A stretch of DNA of 64,000 bases from an uncultured Gemmatimonadales bacterium. Lineage in GTDB: Bacteria > Gemmatimonadota > Gemmatimonadetes > Gemmatimonadales > Gemmatimonadaceae. Location: contig CAWBZV010000005.1 in NCBI GenBank assembly GCA_963793305.1, positions 736,001 through 800,000 of the forward strand, given 5' to 3'. The first letter of the stretch is position 1, and each line of letters begins with the position of its first letter. Both the position numbers and the translations under genes were made by a program. This document shows, piece after piece, positions 41,001 through 52,907 of this stretch. Below the pieces are notes generated by a model. That model ran no database searches and had not been told where the DNA came from. It saw only the letters and a program-made list of their open reading frames with translations.

Positions 41001-42922
41001 TGGCCAACCCCTGGAGCATCGAAGCCGCGCGCGATGTCTACAACATCGAGGGCTGGGGCGCGGGCTTTTTCGACGTCAACGCCAAGGGACACGTCGTCGT
41101 CCGTCCCGACAAGTCGCATCCCGAGCACGAGCTCGATTTGTACGAGTTGGGCTGCGATCTGCAAGAGCAGGGTGTGGCGTTGCCCGTCCTGTTGCGCTTC
41201 TCCGACGTCCTCAAGTCGCGTATAGAGGCGGTGACGGGCGCATTCGAAAGCGCCATGCGCGAGTTCGACTATCAGGGTGGCTATACCACCGTCTATCCGA
41301 TCAAGGTCAACCAAATCCGCCGGGTCGTCGAGGAGATCGTCCAGTTCGGCACCCCGCACGGCGTTGGCCTGGAATGCGGCTCCAAGCCCGAGCTCCAAGC
41401 CGTTCTGGCGCTCTCCGAAGCCAGCGACCATACGATCGTGTGCAACGGCTATAAAGACTCCGAGTTCATGCGCCTGGCGATGATGGGCCAGAAACTCGGC
41501 CATGAAGTTTTTGTGGTCATAGAACAACTCAGCGAGCTCGATGTGTTGTTGCAAGCAGCCGATGAGATAGGCGTCACCCCTACGGCTGGCGTACGCGTCA
41601 AGCTCGCCTCGGCAGGTTCCGGCCGCTGGGCGCAAAGCGGCGGCGAGAAGTCGAAGTTCGGCTTGACGACCCAGCAGTTGGTCAAAGCCGTCGACATGCT
41701 GCGCGAGCGTGGCCGACTCGATGTGCTGAAGCTGATCCATTTCCACATCGGCAGCCAGATCTCGGACATTCGCTACATCAAGGCGGCCATGCAGGAAGTC
41801 GCCCGCTACTACGCGGAGCTCCGCAACATGGGCGTCGACATCACGCACGTGGATGTCGGCGGCGGCCTGGGGGTCGACTACGATGGCACGAATTCGACCG
41901 CCAACGCGAGCGTCAATTACACGGTCCAGGAATACGCGAACGACGTGATCTACATCTTGGGCGAGGCGTGCCGCGAGCAGGATTTGCCGATGCCACACGT
42001 CATCAGCGAGTCGGGCCGGGCGCTCACGGCCCATCACGCCCTGTTGCTGATCAACGTGATCGATGTCGAGTCTCAGGCCGAGCCGCCGTTGCCGATCCTG
42101 AGTGATGACGATCACGCGTTGTTGCACGACATGCTCGCCGATTACGGCGAGCTCGGTCGCCCGGCCGTGAAGCACCGCCGCATCATCGAGGCGTACCACG
42201 ACGCGGTGTTCGATCGCGGCCGCGCGCAGGACCTATTCCAATCCGGTGTGCTCTCGCTGCGCGGCCGCGCCTGGGCCGAGCAGATCTACCTGCGGATCGT
42301 GAACGCCGTGGCGCGTCGGGCGGTCGAGGAGCCCGACGAGTATTCCGATATCGCGGGTGATCTCGAGGGCACGCTCGTCGATCGGTACTTCTGCAACTTC
42401 TCGTTGTTCCAGTCGGTCCCCGACCATTGGGCGATCGATCAGCTCTTTCCGATCATGCCCATTCATCGGTTGAACGAAGAGCCCACGCGTCGCGGGACGC
42501 TCCAGGACGTCACCTGTGACTCCGACGGAAAGATCGACCATTTCGTCGGCGGGAACGGGCGCGCCGGCAAAACGAGCCTCGAGCTGCACGAGTTCCGCGA
42601 CAGCGATCCCTACATCCTCGGGATCTTCCTCACGGGCGCCTACCAGGAGATTCTCGGCGATCTCCACAACCTGTTCGGCGACACGAACGCCGTGCACATC
42701 CGCCTGTCGACGATCGCCCGCGGCTACGAGATCACCGACCTCGTGCGCGGCAACACGGTGACCGATGTTTTGAACTACGTCGAGTACGGCGCCGGCGAGT
42801 TGCTCACGACGTTCCGTCGCAAGGTCGCCGGCGCGGATAATCTGACGCGGCAGGAAGCCAACACGTTCATCGCCGAGTACGTCGCTGGCCTCGAGGGCTA
42901 CACTTATCTAGAGGGTGAATAA
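41000..42922 (+). CDS. speA: Biosynthetic arginine decarboxylase
   Basis: YPIKVNQ (PLP Lys), GLECGSKPEL, HFHIGSQ, DVGGGLGVDYDG, TCDSDG, GAYQEILGDLHNLFG. Confidence 0.96.
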   Translation: MANPWSIEAARDVYNIEGWGAGFFDVNAKGHVVVRPDKSHPEHELDLYELGCDLQEQGVALPVLLRFSDVLKSRIEAVTGAFESAMREFDYQGGYTTVYPIKVNQIRRVVEEIVQFGTPHGVGLECGSKPELQAVLALSEASDHTIVCNGYKDSEFMRLAMMGQKLGHEVFVVIEQLSELDVLLQAADEIGVTPTAGVRVKLASAGSGRWAQSGGEKSKFGLTTQQLVKAVDMLRERGRLDVLKLIHFHIGSQISDIRYIKAAMQEVARYYAELRNMGVDITHVDVGGGLGVDYDGTNSTANASVNYTVQEYANDVIYILGEACREQDLPMPHVISESGRALTAHHALLLINVIDVESQAEPPLPILSDDDHALLHDMLADYGELGRPAVKHRRIIEAYHDAVFDRGRAQDLFQSGVLSLRGRAWAEQIYLRIVNAVARRAVEEPDEYSDIAGDLEGTLVDRYFCNFSLFQSVPDHWAIDQLFPIMPIHRLNEEPTRRGTLQDVTCDSDGKIDHFVGGNGRAGKTSLELHEFRDSDPYILGIFLTGAYQEILGDLHNLFGDTNAVHIRLSTIARGYEITDLVRGNTVTDVLNYVEYGAGELLTTFRRKVAGADNLTRQEANTFIAEYVAGLEGYTYLEGE

Positions 42923-42924
42923 GG

Positions 42925-43023
42925 GCGACCTCGCTTCGCTCGTCGCTCGTCCGAAATGCAGCGTGGGCCACGCGCTTTTCGCGGTCGCCGAAGGCGCTGT
43001 GTACGACGAGCGAAGCGAGTCGC
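42925..43023. repeat. REP-like long inverted repeat between convergent speA and sodA (possible bidirectional terminator)
   Basis: GCGAC(C)TCGCTTCGCTCGTCG at 42925-42945 pairs with CGACGAGCGAAGCGAGTCGC at 43004-43023. Confidence 0.6.
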
Positions 43024-43031
43024 TTTGTTGT

Positions 43032-43670
43032 TTAGACGCCTGCGTGCGCGAGCTTGCCCGACTCGAAGCGCTTCGAGACCTCAGCCCAATTCACAACGTT
43101 CCAGAACGCCCCAATGTAGTCAGCTCTCTTATTCTGGTACTTGAGATAGTACGCGTGCTCCCACACATCGAGGCCAAGGAGGATGTCCTCCGGCTTCGCA
43201 CCAGCCATGATGGGGTTGTCCTGATTCGCCGAGTTCGTGATAGCGAGCTTGCCGTCTTTGCGCGTCAGCCAAGCCCATCCTGACCCGAAGCGCCCCATGC
43301 CCGCCGCGGCAAACTGCTCCTTGAACTTCGCGAAGTCCCCGAAGCTCGCCTTGATGGCGTTGTCCAGCGGCCCGCTGGGCTCTCCGCCTTTCTTGGCCGG
43401 ATCCAACCAGAGCCAAAACTGCGAATGATTCCAGTGCCCGCCGCCGTTGTTCTGCACGGCAGTTCTAACGGCGTCCGGCACTTTGCCCAAATCCGCAAGG
43501 AGCTGCTCGACTGTCTTGCCCGCTAGCTCGGGGGCCTTGTCGACCGCCGCGTTGAGGTTTGTGACATACGCACCATGATGCTTGTCATGGTGAATTTCCA
43601 TCGTCTTCGCGTCGATATACGGCTCGAGCGCGTCGAACGCGTAGGGAAGCGGGGGCAGAGTAAACGTCAT
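43032..43670 (-). CDS. sodA: Superoxide dismutase, likely Mn-type
   Basis: [26 protein letters not shown]. Confidence 0.94.
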   Translation of the reverse strand: MTFTLPPLPYAFDALEPYIDAKTMEIHHDKHHGAYVTNLNAAVDKAPELAGKTVEQLLADLGKVPDAVRTAVQNNGGGHWNHSQFWLWLDPAKKGGEPSGPLDNAIKASFGDFAKFKEQFAAAGMGRFGSGWAWLTRKDGKLAITNSANQDNPIMAGAKPEDILLGLDVWEHAYYLKYQNKRADYIGAFWNVVNWAEVSKRFESGKLAHAGV

Positions 43671-44293
43671 TGGACTCTCCTTTCAGGTTGCCGCCACCAA
43701 CTGATAATGCCGGGGAGGATCGACAGAAAGATCACCGCAATGATAACCAGCTCGATGTGCTTGGCGACGCCGGGGACTTTGGCGCCCAGGAAGTATCCGA
43801 GCATGAGCATGCTCCAGATCCACGCCGTCCCCCCGAGTACGCTGAACGTCAGAAAAGTTCGGTAATTCATCTTGCCGACCCCGGCCACGAGTGGCGCGAA
43901 TGTCCGGATGATCGGCATGAATCGCGCGAGCACGACGGTTTTCGGCCCGTGTTTGACATAGAACTCATGCGCGCGCTCAACGTGCTTCTTCTTGAAGAGC
44001 AGGGAATCTTCGCGCGTGAAGATGCTCGCGCCGGTCAGCCGACCGACCCAGTAGTTGGTATTGTCCCCAAGAATGGCCGCACAGGTCAGTAGGAGGCCGA
44101 GCTCGAAGATATTGAGCGGCAGTCCCTGTGAAGACAGCAGCCCAGCCGTGACGAGGAGCGAATCGCCGGGCAGGAAGAATCCGACGAAGAGGCCGGTCTC
44201 GGTAAATACGATCGCAGCCATACCCGCGTATCCCGCCCACGCAACGAGGGCTGGCAAGTCGCGCAATCGATGAAAGAGGTCGCTGATTTGCAT
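43667..44293 (-). CDS. DedA/VTT family membrane protein
   Basis: [30 protein letters not shown]. Confidence 0.93.
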   Translation of the reverse strand: MQISDLFHRLRDLPALVAWAGYAGMAAIVFTETGLFVGFFLPGDSLLVTAGLLSSQGLPLNIFELGLLLTCAAILGDNTNYWVGRLTGASIFTREDSLLFKKKHVERAHEFYVKHGPKTVVLARFMPIIRTFAPLVAGVGKMNYRTFLTFSVLGGTAWIWSMLMLGYFLGAKVPGVAKHIELVIIAVIFLSILPGIISWWRQPERRVQ

Positions 44294-44320
44294 AGGGGAT
44301 CCCGCAACATACGTTGGGGC

Positions 44321-45070
44321 ATGCTGCTAGACCACGTAGTGGTTGTCCTCTACGAACCCCAGGACCCAGTCAACATCGCGGCGACGGTTCGTGCGATGAA
44401 GAACATGGGCATAAGAACGTTACGTCTTGTCAGTCCTGTTACTTACGATGCCGAACGCATCGAGGGCATCGCGCACGACACCGCCGACGTCGTTGCCGGT
44501 ATTCGCCACTTCGACTCGTTGGACGCGGCACTCGCCGACTGTGTCCACATTGCGGCATATACCCGCCGCCGTCGCGCGGCGAAGCGGGCGTCCGCCGATG
44601 CGCGACAGACCGCGCAGACGCTGCTCGCGTACGCCACGGCTGGCCCCGTCGCGATCTTGTTCGGCCGCGAAGATCACGGGTTGCCGAACGAGGCCCTCGA
44701 CCGTGCGCACATCGTGTCGACCATTCCGACGACGGATCACGCCTCGCTCAACCTGGCTCAGGCCGTCTTGATCGCACTGTACGAGTTGCATTTAGCGGCG
44801 GGCGACGCCACGCGTACGATCGACCCGCCGAAGCACGACGCCCCGCTGGCCAACGCCGAGCAGTTCGAGCTTTTTTTCGCCGATGCCGAGCGCGCGCTCG
44901 TGGCGATCGAGTTCTTCAAGACGCGGTATCCGGAGCACATCATGCGCTCCATACGTTCCTTAGCCCATCGCGCCGGGCCCGACGCTCGGGAGATCAACCT
45001 GCTCCGCGCCGCAGCGATCGAGGTAGTGAGAAGTTTGGAGCGCGTCGCCAAGGGAACCTCTCAAGTATAG
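44321..45070 (+). CDS. trmJ: SPOUT RNA methyltransferase, TrmJ family
   Basis: NIAATVRAMKNMG, LFGREDHGLPNE, SLNLAQAV. Confidence 0.85.
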   Translation: MLLDHVVVVLYEPQDPVNIAATVRAMKNMGIRTLRLVSPVTYDAERIEGIAHDTADVVAGIRHFDSLDAALADCVHIAAYTRRRRAAKRASADARQTAQTLLAYATAGPVAILFGREDHGLPNEALDRAHIVSTIPTTDHASLNLAQAVLIALYELHLAAGDATRTIDPPKHDAPLANAEQFELFFADAERALVAIEFFKTRYPEHIMRSIRSLAHRAGPDAREINLLRAAAIEVVRSLERVAKGTSQV

Positions 45071-45200
45071 GGCGAGGCGCAGCGAAGCGGAGCGAGCCGG
45101 CGCGAAGCGCCATTCAGAACCTTGCATTCGGGCCCCAGTCCGCGCATCATTTCCGGCGTCTATATCCCTTGTGAAAAACTTCACAAAGACGCGGACATAA

Positions 45201-45977
45201 ATGCGGATGGGTTGGAGGAGCATTGGGTTCGTTGGCCTCGCCGCGGTCGCCATAGTCCTGTCGGCCTATCAGGGCGCCGCAGTGCCACCAGACTCTGTGA
45301 TCACGCACGATCCAGGCTCGCAGGGCTGGGGCTATCACGGTGGCTCGTCGTCGCAAGGGTACAGCCCCATCCAGCCGATCCGTTTCCCACACCCGAAGCA
45401 CGTCAAGCTGCTCGGGATGAACTGCGTCTACTGCCACTTCTCCGCCAACAAAGCCGCCGACGTCGGGATGCCCGCGGTGAGCACGTGTATGGGCTGCCAC
45501 CTCGTGGTTGCCACGCAGAAGCCCGAGATCAAGAAGCTCACCGAGTACTGGAACAAGAAGGAACCGGTCCCGTGGGTGCGCATTCACAAAGTGCCGGAGT
45601 ACGTGCACTTCCCGCACATGCGCCACATCAACGTGGGTGTGACCTGCCAAACCTGCCACGGACAAGTGCAGGAGATGTATCAGGTCTACCAGTTCGCATC
45701 GCTCAACATGGGCTGGTGCATCAACTGCCACGTGAACGGCTACAGTCCCGCCGAGGGCGACAAGGCCGCCGGATCGGCGGTCGCGCTCGGCCCCAAGGGC
45801 GCATCGTCTCAGGCGAATCTGCAGCCGGCCACCGCGGCCGGCACTGCGCTCTATCAGGCGGTCGCGTTGGTCGACTCGGCGGCTCTTCCGGCTGGGCCGA
45901 ACAATCGCAATATCGGGCCAAGTTTGAGCGAGCCACGGCATCGCGCGCGCTACGACTGCGGCGTGTGCCACTACTAG
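45201..45977 (+). CDS. actA: Alternative complex III pentaheme cytochrome subunit
   Basis: Five CxxCH motifs (CVYCH, CMGCH, CQTCH, CINCH, CGVCH); QPIRFPH, SLNMGWC. Confidence 0.9.
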   Translation: MRMGWRSIGFVGLAAVAIVLSAYQGAAVPPDSVITHDPGSQGWGYHGGSSSQGYSPIQPIRFPHPKHVKLLGMNCVYCHFSANKAADVGMPAVSTCMGCHLVVATQKPEIKKLTEYWNKKEPVPWVRIHKVPEYVHFPHMRHINVGVTCQTCHGQVQEMYQVYQFASLNMGWCINCHVNGYSPAEGDKAAGSAVALGPKGASSQANLQPATAAGTALYQAVALVDSAALPAGPNNRNIGPSLSEPRHRARYDCGVCHY

Positions 45978-45990
45978 TCTCTCAGGGAAC

Positions 45991-48984
45991 ATGAGCGTAA
46001 AGCGCCGCGAATTCCTGAAGGTGCTGGGCGCCGGCGCGGCCGCCGGCACCGCTGTCGGTTGCGGCTCCGATCACGTGCAACGACTGATCCCGTATCTCGT
46101 CTCGCCGGACGAGACGGTGCCGGGCGTCTCGACGTTCTACGCCACGGCGTGCCGCGAGTGCGCCGCGGGCTGCGGCGTGATCTGCGCGACGCGCGATGGA
46201 CGCGCGATCAAACTCGAGGGCCATCCGTCGCACCCGTCGAGTCGTGGCGCCCTCTGCGCGCGCGGCCAGTCGGCGCTCCAGGGTCTCTACAATCCGGATC
46301 GGTTCAAGTCGCCGATGATCCGGCAGGGCGACCGGCTGGTTCCGACGACGTGGGATGCCGCGCTCAAGTTGCTCTCGCAGAAGCTGTCCACCGGGCGCGG
46401 GAAGGCCGTTTTCCTGGCCGAGCACGAGACGGGCTCGTTCCCGGCGTTTCTGGATGCGTGGCTTGCCGCGTTCGGCATGCCAGCGCACATCGGCATCGAC
46501 ACCGATGCTCCAGCCGCGACGGTCGCCGCCAATCGCCAGACCTATGGCGTCGCCTGGCCGGGGCTCGACTTCAGTGCCTCGAAGCTGATCGTCTCGTTCG
46601 GCGCCGACTTCCTTGAGACGTGGGGCGCCAGCGTCCCACAGCAACTCGACTGGGCCGATGCGCGCGCCAAGCTCGCCGATGCTCCGCGCTTCATCTACGT
46701 CGGCCCGCGCCGCTCGCTCACGGGCCTCAACGCCGACGAATGGATTCCCGCGCGCGCCGGCAGCGAGCTCGTCATCGCCAACGCGATTCTCGCGCACCTG
46801 GGCCACGGCACGGGTGTCACGATGACGCAGGCCGCGGAGGCCGCGGGCGTTCCGGCTCCGACGATCCAGAAGCTCGCCGATGCGATCGGTGGCACGAAGC
46901 CGAGCCTCGTGCTCGCCGGTACATCGGGCGCGGAGGCGCTCGATGTCGCGCTCGCCGTGAACGCGATCAACCAAGCGACCGGCAGCGTCGGCGTGACGAT
47001 CAAGCCGGCGGCGCCGCTCACCATCTTCGATCACGGCCGCTCGTTCGCGGATCTGCGCCAGGTCGCCGAGCGGATGCGCTCGGGCGATGTCCCGCTGGTG
47101 TTCGTCCGCGGCCTCAACCCGGTCTACTCAACCCCAAAGTCTCTGGACTTTGCGGGAGCCCTCGCTCACGTCGCTTTCAAAGTTGGCTTCTCGTCGTATC
47201 CGGACGAGACGATGGAGATGTGCGACCTGATCCTCCCGGATCATCACGCGCTCGAGAGCTGGGGCGACGTGGAATCGGTCGCGGGAACGATCACGTTGCA
47301 GCAGCCGACGATGGACCCGGTGTTCGACACGAAGCCGACGGCAGACGTATTGATCGCCCTCGCCAAGTCTGACGCCCAAGTCGCGCCGAAATATCCGTTC
47401 GCCGATTACCGCGCGTGGCTCGCGAGTCGTTTCCCAGGCGGCGTCGTCGCGTTCACAAACGCGCTGTCCGCGGGCACGGTCTCAGCACCGCCACTCGAGC
47501 CCACGCGCGGCGCCGCGACCCAAACGACACCACCAAAGTCTGCACGCCCGATCACCGGTACTCAGGGCGACTATGATCTAGTCGTCTACTATTCACCGAC
47601 CGTAGGCGACGGAAGCGGCGCCAACAAACCGTGGCTGCAGGAGCTGCCGGATCCAGTCACCAAGATCGGCTGGCAATCCGTGATCGAGATCCACCCGGAG
47701 ACCGCTCGCAAGCTCGGCGTGAGCAACGGCGACGTCCTCCAGGTGCAGACCGACCACGGCACCGTACTCGCGGCGGCCTACATGTTCATGGGTGTGCGCC
47801 CGGACACGGTCGCGCTCGCGCTCGGCCGCGGCCACACCGCCTACGGCCGCTACGCGAAGACCTGCGGCGTCAACGCGCTCGACCTCCTGCCGGCAGGCGA
47901 AGACAAGGCGGGCGCTCTGGTCCTCACGGCCACACGCTGCCGTGTGTCGAAGCAGGCTGAGACGTTGCTGCTCGTGTCCACCGAGGGCTCGGCGCGCCAG
48001 CACGGCCGCGGGATCGCCCGCACGATCGCCGTCGAAGACCTCGGCAAGCAGCCCGAGGAATCCACTGAGCACTACATCGGCGAGGCGCCGCGCGACTTCT
48101 TGCCGGGCCTCCGTTCGCCGGTCGCGGCCGACGCGCAAGGCGATTACGCCGACACGTCGTCCAAGAGCAACGGCATATACAGCCAGGACCACTGGAGCGG
48201 GATGGCCAAGCGCCGCTGGGCGATGACGGTCGATCTCGCGCGCTGCACCGGTTGCTCGGCGTGCGTCACGGCGTGTTACACCGAGAATAACATCCCGACC
48301 GTTGGCGCCTGGTGGCAGGGACCGCAGATGCTCGCGGATCGCGTCGGCTTCGGCGCGAATATCACGCGCGGGCGCGAGATGGCGTGGCTGCGTCTCGAGC
48401 GCTACTACGAGGGCGCCGAGCACGAGGACGGAGCGTTCGATCCGACGTTCGAGGCGCGGTTCGTTCCGATGATGTGCCAGCACTGCGGCAACGCGCCGTG
48501 CGAGCCGGTGTGTCCGGTGTACGCGACGTACCACGCCCCGGACGGTTTGAACGTGCAGGTCTACAACCGGTGCGTCGGCACCCGCTATTGCTCAAATAAT
48601 TGCCCGTACAAGGTCCGCTACTTCAACTGGTTCGGGTACGGCGAGACGAACCGCGCCCAGTACGCATTCCCCGAGCCGCTCAACTGGCAGCTCAACCCGG
48701 ATGTCACGGTGCGCGGCAAGGGCGTGATGGAGAAGTGCACGTTCTGCATCCAGCGTATTCGGACGGCCGAGCACCGCGCGCGACTGGAGGGCCGCGACTT
48801 GCGGCCGGATGAGTTCACGACCGCGTGCGCGCAGGGATGTCCGTCGCGCGCGCTCACGTTCGGCGACGCGGCGGATCCGGCATGGAGTGTCACGAAGCAC
48901 ATCGATGACAGTCGAGCGTACCACGTGTTCGAGGAGTTGAACACGTTCACGGCCGTCGTCTATCTCAAGAAGGTGACCAGATAA
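45991..48984 (+). CDS. actB: ACIII molybdopterin-oxidoreductase-like/4Fe-4S subunit
   Basis: Tat motif [59 protein letters not shown]. Confidence 0.93.
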   Translation: MSVKRREFLKVLGAGAAAGTAVGCGSDHVQRLIPYLVSPDETVPGVSTFYATACRECAAGCGVICATRDGRAIKLEGHPSHPSSRGALCARGQSALQGLYNPDRFKSPMIRQGDRLVPTTWDAALKLLSQKLSTGRGKAVFLAEHETGSFPAFLDAWLAAFGMPAHIGIDTDAPAATVAANRQTYGVAWPGLDFSASKLIVSFGADFLETWGASVPQQLDWADARAKLADAPRFIYVGPRRSLTGLNADEWIPARAGSELVIANAILAHLGHGTGVTMTQAAEAAGVPAPTIQKLADAIGGTKPSLVLAGTSGAEALDVALAVNAINQATGSVGVTIKPAAPLTIFDHGRSFADLRQVAERMRSGDVPLVFVRGLNPVYSTPKSLDFAGALAHVAFKVGFSSYPDETMEMCDLILPDHHALESWGDVESVAGTITLQQPTMDPVFDTKPTADVLIALAKSDAQVAPKYPFADYRAWLASRFPGGVVAFTNALSAGTVSAPPLEPTRGAATQTTPPKSARPITGTQGDYDLVVYYSPTVGDGSGANKPWLQELPDPVTKIGWQSVIEIHPETARKLGVSNGDVLQVQTDHGTVLAAAYMFMGVRPDTVALALGRGHTAYGRYAKTCGVNALDLLPAGEDKAGALVLTATRCRVSKQAETLLLVSTEGSARQHGRGIARTIAVEDLGKQPEESTEHYIGEAPRDFLPGLRSPVAADAQGDYADTSSKSNGIYSQDHWSGMAKRRWAMTVDLARCTGCSACVTACYTENNIPTVGAWWQGPQMLADRVGFGANITRGREMAWLRLERYYEGAEHEDGAFDPTFEARFVPMMCQHCGNAPCEPVCPVYATYHAPDGLNVQVYNRCVGTRYCSNNCPYKVRYFNWFGYGETNRAQYAFPEPLNWQLNPDVTVRGKGVMEKCTFCIQRIRTAEHRARLEGRDLRPDEFTTACAQGCPSRALTFGDAADPAWSVTKHIDDSRAYHVFEELNTFTAVVYLKKVTR

Positions 48985-50396
48985 TGGCCACGATCGCGCG
49001 ACCGGACACGCCTCCTGAGCCGGCGCCTTACGACAATATCGCGACCGCCGACGTCCGTCTGCCGGCGGTCAAGTCCTACGCGCAGGCCGATCACGACGTC
49101 ATCGCGACGCTCCAACCGACGTGGGGATGGTTCGCCTGCGTCGCGCTGGCCATGACGTGCCTGGCGGTCGGCATCTCGGCCTGGATGTATCAGACCTTCT
49201 GGGGGCTCGGCGTCGCGGGGTACAACCCGCCCGTGATGTGGGGTGTGTACATCGTCTCGTTCGTGTTCTGGGTCGGTATCGGCCACGCGGGCACGCTGAT
49301 CTCGGCGATCCTGTACTTGTTCCGCGCCGGCTTCCGCACCTCGATCTACCGCGCGTCGGAAGCCATGACCGTGTTCGCGGTCATGACGGCGGGCCTGTTT
49401 CCGATCTTGCACCTGGGTCGCTGGTGGAAAGCGTTCTGGCTGATCCCGTATCCGAACTGGCGCTGGATCTGGCCCAATTTCAAGAGCCCGTTGGTCTGGG
49501 ACGTGTTCGCGATCTCCACGTATCTGACCGTGTCGGCGACGTTCTTCTATGTCGGCCTGATCCCGGATATCGCGATTCTGCGCGATCGCGAAACCAACCC
49601 GATTCGCAAAGCGATACTGAGTCAACTCTCGCTCGGCTGGCGCAACTCGGATCGAGAATGGCGCCACTTCGCCCGAGCCTACCTGTTCCTCGCGGCATTC
49701 GCGACGCCGCTGGTGCTCTCGGTCCACTCGGTCGTGTCCTTCGACTTCGCGATGGCCAACTCGCCGGGTTGGCACACGACGGTTTTCCCGCCCTACTTCG
49801 TCGCCGGCGCGATCTTCTCGGGGATCGGGATGGTGTTCACCATCATCATCCCGATTCGAAAGTTTTTTAACCTGAAGAAGTACATCACGCTGAACGACCT
49901 CGATGCGGCGTCCAAGCTGTGCTTGTTCACGTCGATGGTCGTGGGGTGCGCCTACCTGACCGAGTTCTTCATGGGCTGGGTCAGCGGGAACTCGATGGAG
50001 CAGGAGTTCTGGTGGAACCGCGTGTTCGGCCAGTGGTGGTGGGCGGCGTGGATCATGCTGCTCTGCAACTGCGTCTTGCCGCAGTCGCTGTGGTCGCAAA
50101 AGCTGCGGCGCAACACGACCTGGCTGTTCATTCTGTCGCTGTTCATTAACCTCGGGATGTGGTTCGAGCGGTTCGTGATCGTCGAGCCGTCGTTGTCGCA
50201 CGAGTTCGAGCCGTGGCAATGGGGCGGCTACGTGCCGACCTATATCGACATCGCGATTCTGATCGGCAGCTTCGGCTGGTTCTTCATGTGGTTCCTGCTG
50301 TTCATCAAGCAGTTCCCGGTGCTCGCGATCGCCGAGGTGAAGGAGGTGCTGCCGGTGCCACGACGGCGCGCGGTGGGGCAGGAGGGACACGACTGA
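48984..50396 (+). CDS. actC: ACIII NrfD-family membrane subunit
   Basis: FVFWVGIGHAGTLISAIL, HLGR, SPLVWD, SVHSVVSFDFA, GMWFERF. Confidence 0.94.
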   Translation: MATIARPDTPPEPAPYDNIATADVRLPAVKSYAQADHDVIATLQPTWGWFACVALAMTCLAVGISAWMYQTFWGLGVAGYNPPVMWGVYIVSFVFWVGIGHAGTLISAILYLFRAGFRTSIYRASEAMTVFAVMTAGLFPILHLGRWWKAFWLIPYPNWRWIWPNFKSPLVWDVFAISTYLTVSATFFYVGLIPDIAILRDRETNPIRKAILSQLSLGWRNSDREWRHFARAYLFLAAFATPLVLSVHSVVSFDFAMANSPGWHTTVFPPYFVAGAIFSGIGMVFTIIIPIRKFFNLKKYITLNDLDAASKLCLFTSMVVGCAYLTEFFMGWVSGNSMEQEFWWNRVFGQWWWAAWIMLLCNCVLPQSLWSQKLRRNTTWLFILSLFINLGMWFERFVIVEPSLSHEFEPWQWGGYVPTYIDIAILIGSFGWFFMWFLLFIKQFPVLAIAEVKEVLPVPRRRAVGQEGHD

Positions 50397-50899
50397 TGTC
50401 GCGCGGCGTACTGGGTCGTTTCCAGCAGCTCGACGCGGCGATCGATGCGATCGACGACGTCAAGCGTCAACGGATCGATGACATTCAAGTCTTCACGCCC
50501 ATCCTGAGCCACGAGATCGAGGAAGCGGTGGGCGGGCCGGAGAGTCCGGTGCGTCGCTACACGCTGATCGGCGGATTCCTCGGCGCGACGTTCGGCTACT
50601 GGATCGCCGTGTGGACCTCGGACTACTGGCCGCTCGTCATCGGCGGGAAGGCGATCGCGACGTGGATCCCATTCACGATCATCGCGTTCGAGCTCATGGT
50701 GCTGATCGGCTCGCTCGCGACGGTCGCGGGCATGTTCATCTCGTCCCGCCTCCCCAACCTGACGGCGACGGTCGGTTATGACCCGCGCTTCAGCGAGGGC
50801 GACTTCGGTGTGTTCGTCGAGTGTCCCGCGGACCAAGCCAAAGCCGTCGAGGACACGCTGCGCCGCAATGGAGCAGTGGAGGTGAGAAGTGAACGCTAA
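50396..50899 (+). CDS. actD: ACIII subunit D (DUF3341)
   Basis: WPLVIGGK, PFTIIAFELMVL, DPRFSEGDF; position in the act operon. Confidence 0.9.
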   Translation: MSRGVLGRFQQLDAAIDAIDDVKRQRIDDIQVFTPILSHEIEEAVGGPESPVRRYTLIGGFLGATFGYWIAVWTSDYWPLVIGGKAIATWIPFTIIAFELMVLIGSLATVAGMFISSRLPNLTATVGYDPRFSEGDFGVFVECPADQAKAVEDTLRRNGAVEVRSER

Positions 50900-51587
50900 G
50901 AAGCTGGTCGCGCTCGCCCTGTCGGCGGCCTCCATGACGGGTTGCAGTTGGTTCACCGCGTTCGTGGAGCAGCCGAAAATAGATCCGTGGGAGATCCTGG
51001 GAAGTATCAAGACCCCGCAGCGGGGCAACCCGCAAAACTCGGTGCCGATCACGGGCACATTCGTCGCGGGGTATCAGGTCAGCTACTCGCCGCTCCCGGG
51101 CACGATCGACTCGATGTCGGCGATCAAGAATCCAGTGCAACCCTCGGACGCTTCACTGATCAACGGCCGCAAGTTGTTCCAGATCAACTGCGCGGTCTGC
51201 CATGGCGAAGCGGGGAAGGGTGACTCCCCGAATGCGAAGTTCGGTATCGTGAGCATCAACCTGACGACCGATCTCACGAAGAACCGCACGGACGGCTACA
51301 TCTTCGGGATGATCCGGAACGGCCGCGGTCTCATGCCGACCTACGATCGAATCGAGGAGATGGACCGCTGGGACATCGTGAACTACATTCGCGGTCTCCA
51401 AGGCAAGCTGCCCAAGCCGGTCCCGACGGGCCCCGTCGGTTACCCCGGCCAGACGGGCGATGCGCTTCCTGGCTACACGCTGACCGCTCCAACGCGTCCG
51501 TTCCCGTACTACGGTCCGAACGGACCGGTATTCCCCGATAGCATGCGCCCGATCCAAGCCCAGCCCGCCGGCGGAGCTCCGCAATGA
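50889..51587 (+). CDS. actE: ACIII monoheme cytochrome c lipoprotein
   Basis: Lipobox MTG-C, CAVCH, DGYIF, GRGLMP, DRWDIVNYIR. Confidence 0.9.
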   Translation: MNAKKLVALALSAASMTGCSWFTAFVEQPKIDPWEILGSIKTPQRGNPQNSVPITGTFVAGYQVSYSPLPGTIDSMSAIKNPVQPSDASLINGRKLFQINCAVCHGEAGKGDSPNAKFGIVSINLTTDLTKNRTDGYIFGMIRNGRGLMPTYDRIEEMDRWDIVNYIRGLQGKLPKPVPTGPVGYPGQTGDALPGYTLTAPTRPFPYYGPNGPVFPDSMRPIQAQPAGGAPQ

Positions 51588-52907
51588 GCGCCCACGGTCT
51601 CCCGGCGCCGTCGCGCGATGACGTGCTCGCGATGGCGCAGCGCCCGACGCCGCCTAGCGCGCGCCTCATGGCGTTACTCGCCGCTGGCGTCGGCCTCGTG
51701 GTATTTCTGTACGCCTTGATCGCCGACCCGGACCGCGCCTGGCGCGCGTTCCACTACAACTGGTACTTCTTCACCGCGATCAGCTCGGCGGGCGTGACTT
51801 GGGCGGCCGTCCAGCGGATCACGACCGCCCGGTGGTCGCGCCCGGTCGTGCGCCTGATGGAGGGCTTCGTCGCCTTCCTCCCGTTCGCGTTCGTGGACTT
51901 GTTGTTGATCCTGTTCGTGGGCCGTTCGCACATTTTCCCATGGACGCACACGGCACCGCCGAACCCTGAGCGCGCGCTCTATCTCAATCCAACGTTTCTC
52001 GTCGCGCGCGACATTCGGGCTCTTCGCGATCATCATGGGTCTCGGCCTCTGGTTTGTCTACAACTCGTTGCGCCTGGACGTGGGTGTGATCCCCGAGTCG
52101 GGCGCGGCCTGGGCAAAGGGTTTGCGCGAACGGATGCGCCGCGGCTTCGGCGACGAGCGCCGCGAGATCCACAGCACGCACTCGCGCAACGGCGTGATCG
52201 CCGTGTTCATGGTGCTCTTCTACGCCTACGGTTGGTCGGTATTGACGTGGGACTTCTCGTTGACGCTCGACATGCATTTCCAGAGCACGCTGTACGGCTG
52301 GTGGAGCTTCATGACGGCGTGGCTCGGCGCCATTCTGTCGATCTCGCTGCTCACGATGTGGTTCCGCAACGTGATGCGCGCCGACAATCTGATCGTCACC
52401 AAGCACTTCCATGATCTCGGCAAGCTCTCGTTCGCGTTCACGGCATTCTGGGGTTACCTGACGTTCGGCCAGTACCTGGTGATCTGGTACGGCAACATGC
52501 CGGAAGAGACGCACTTCATGCATCTCCGGCTCTCGGCCCCGTGGGTCACGATTACGACGATCGCCGCCGCGCTAGCGTTCTTGCCATTCTTCGGCTTGAT
52601 GTCCAAGGCGGCAAAGGTCTACTTGCCGACCTTCATTGCCTTCGCGCTCTCGGGTCTGGTCGGGACGTACCTGCAGCGCTACACCGAGGTATATCCGTCA
52701 TTGTACGGGATCCCGAAGCACGCGCCGCTCGGCTTCGTGGAGATCGGCGTCGGCTTGTTGTATCTGGGGACGTGGGGCCTGTGCTATCTGGCCTTTATGG
52801 CCGCGTTCCCGAAGATGCGCATCGTGATGCAGACGTCACGGTACCGAGACGAGATCCAGGTCCCGGTGGACCCGCGGACTATGGAGCCGTTGCCGGCCCA
52901 CGAGTAG
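51584..52907 (+). CDS. actF: ACIII subunit F (membrane), with one +1 indel at about 52015
   Basis: TARWSRPV, YLNPTF..R, FQSTLYG, HDLGKL, QYLVIWYGNMPEE. Correction gives a 440-aa ORF. Confidence 0.88.
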
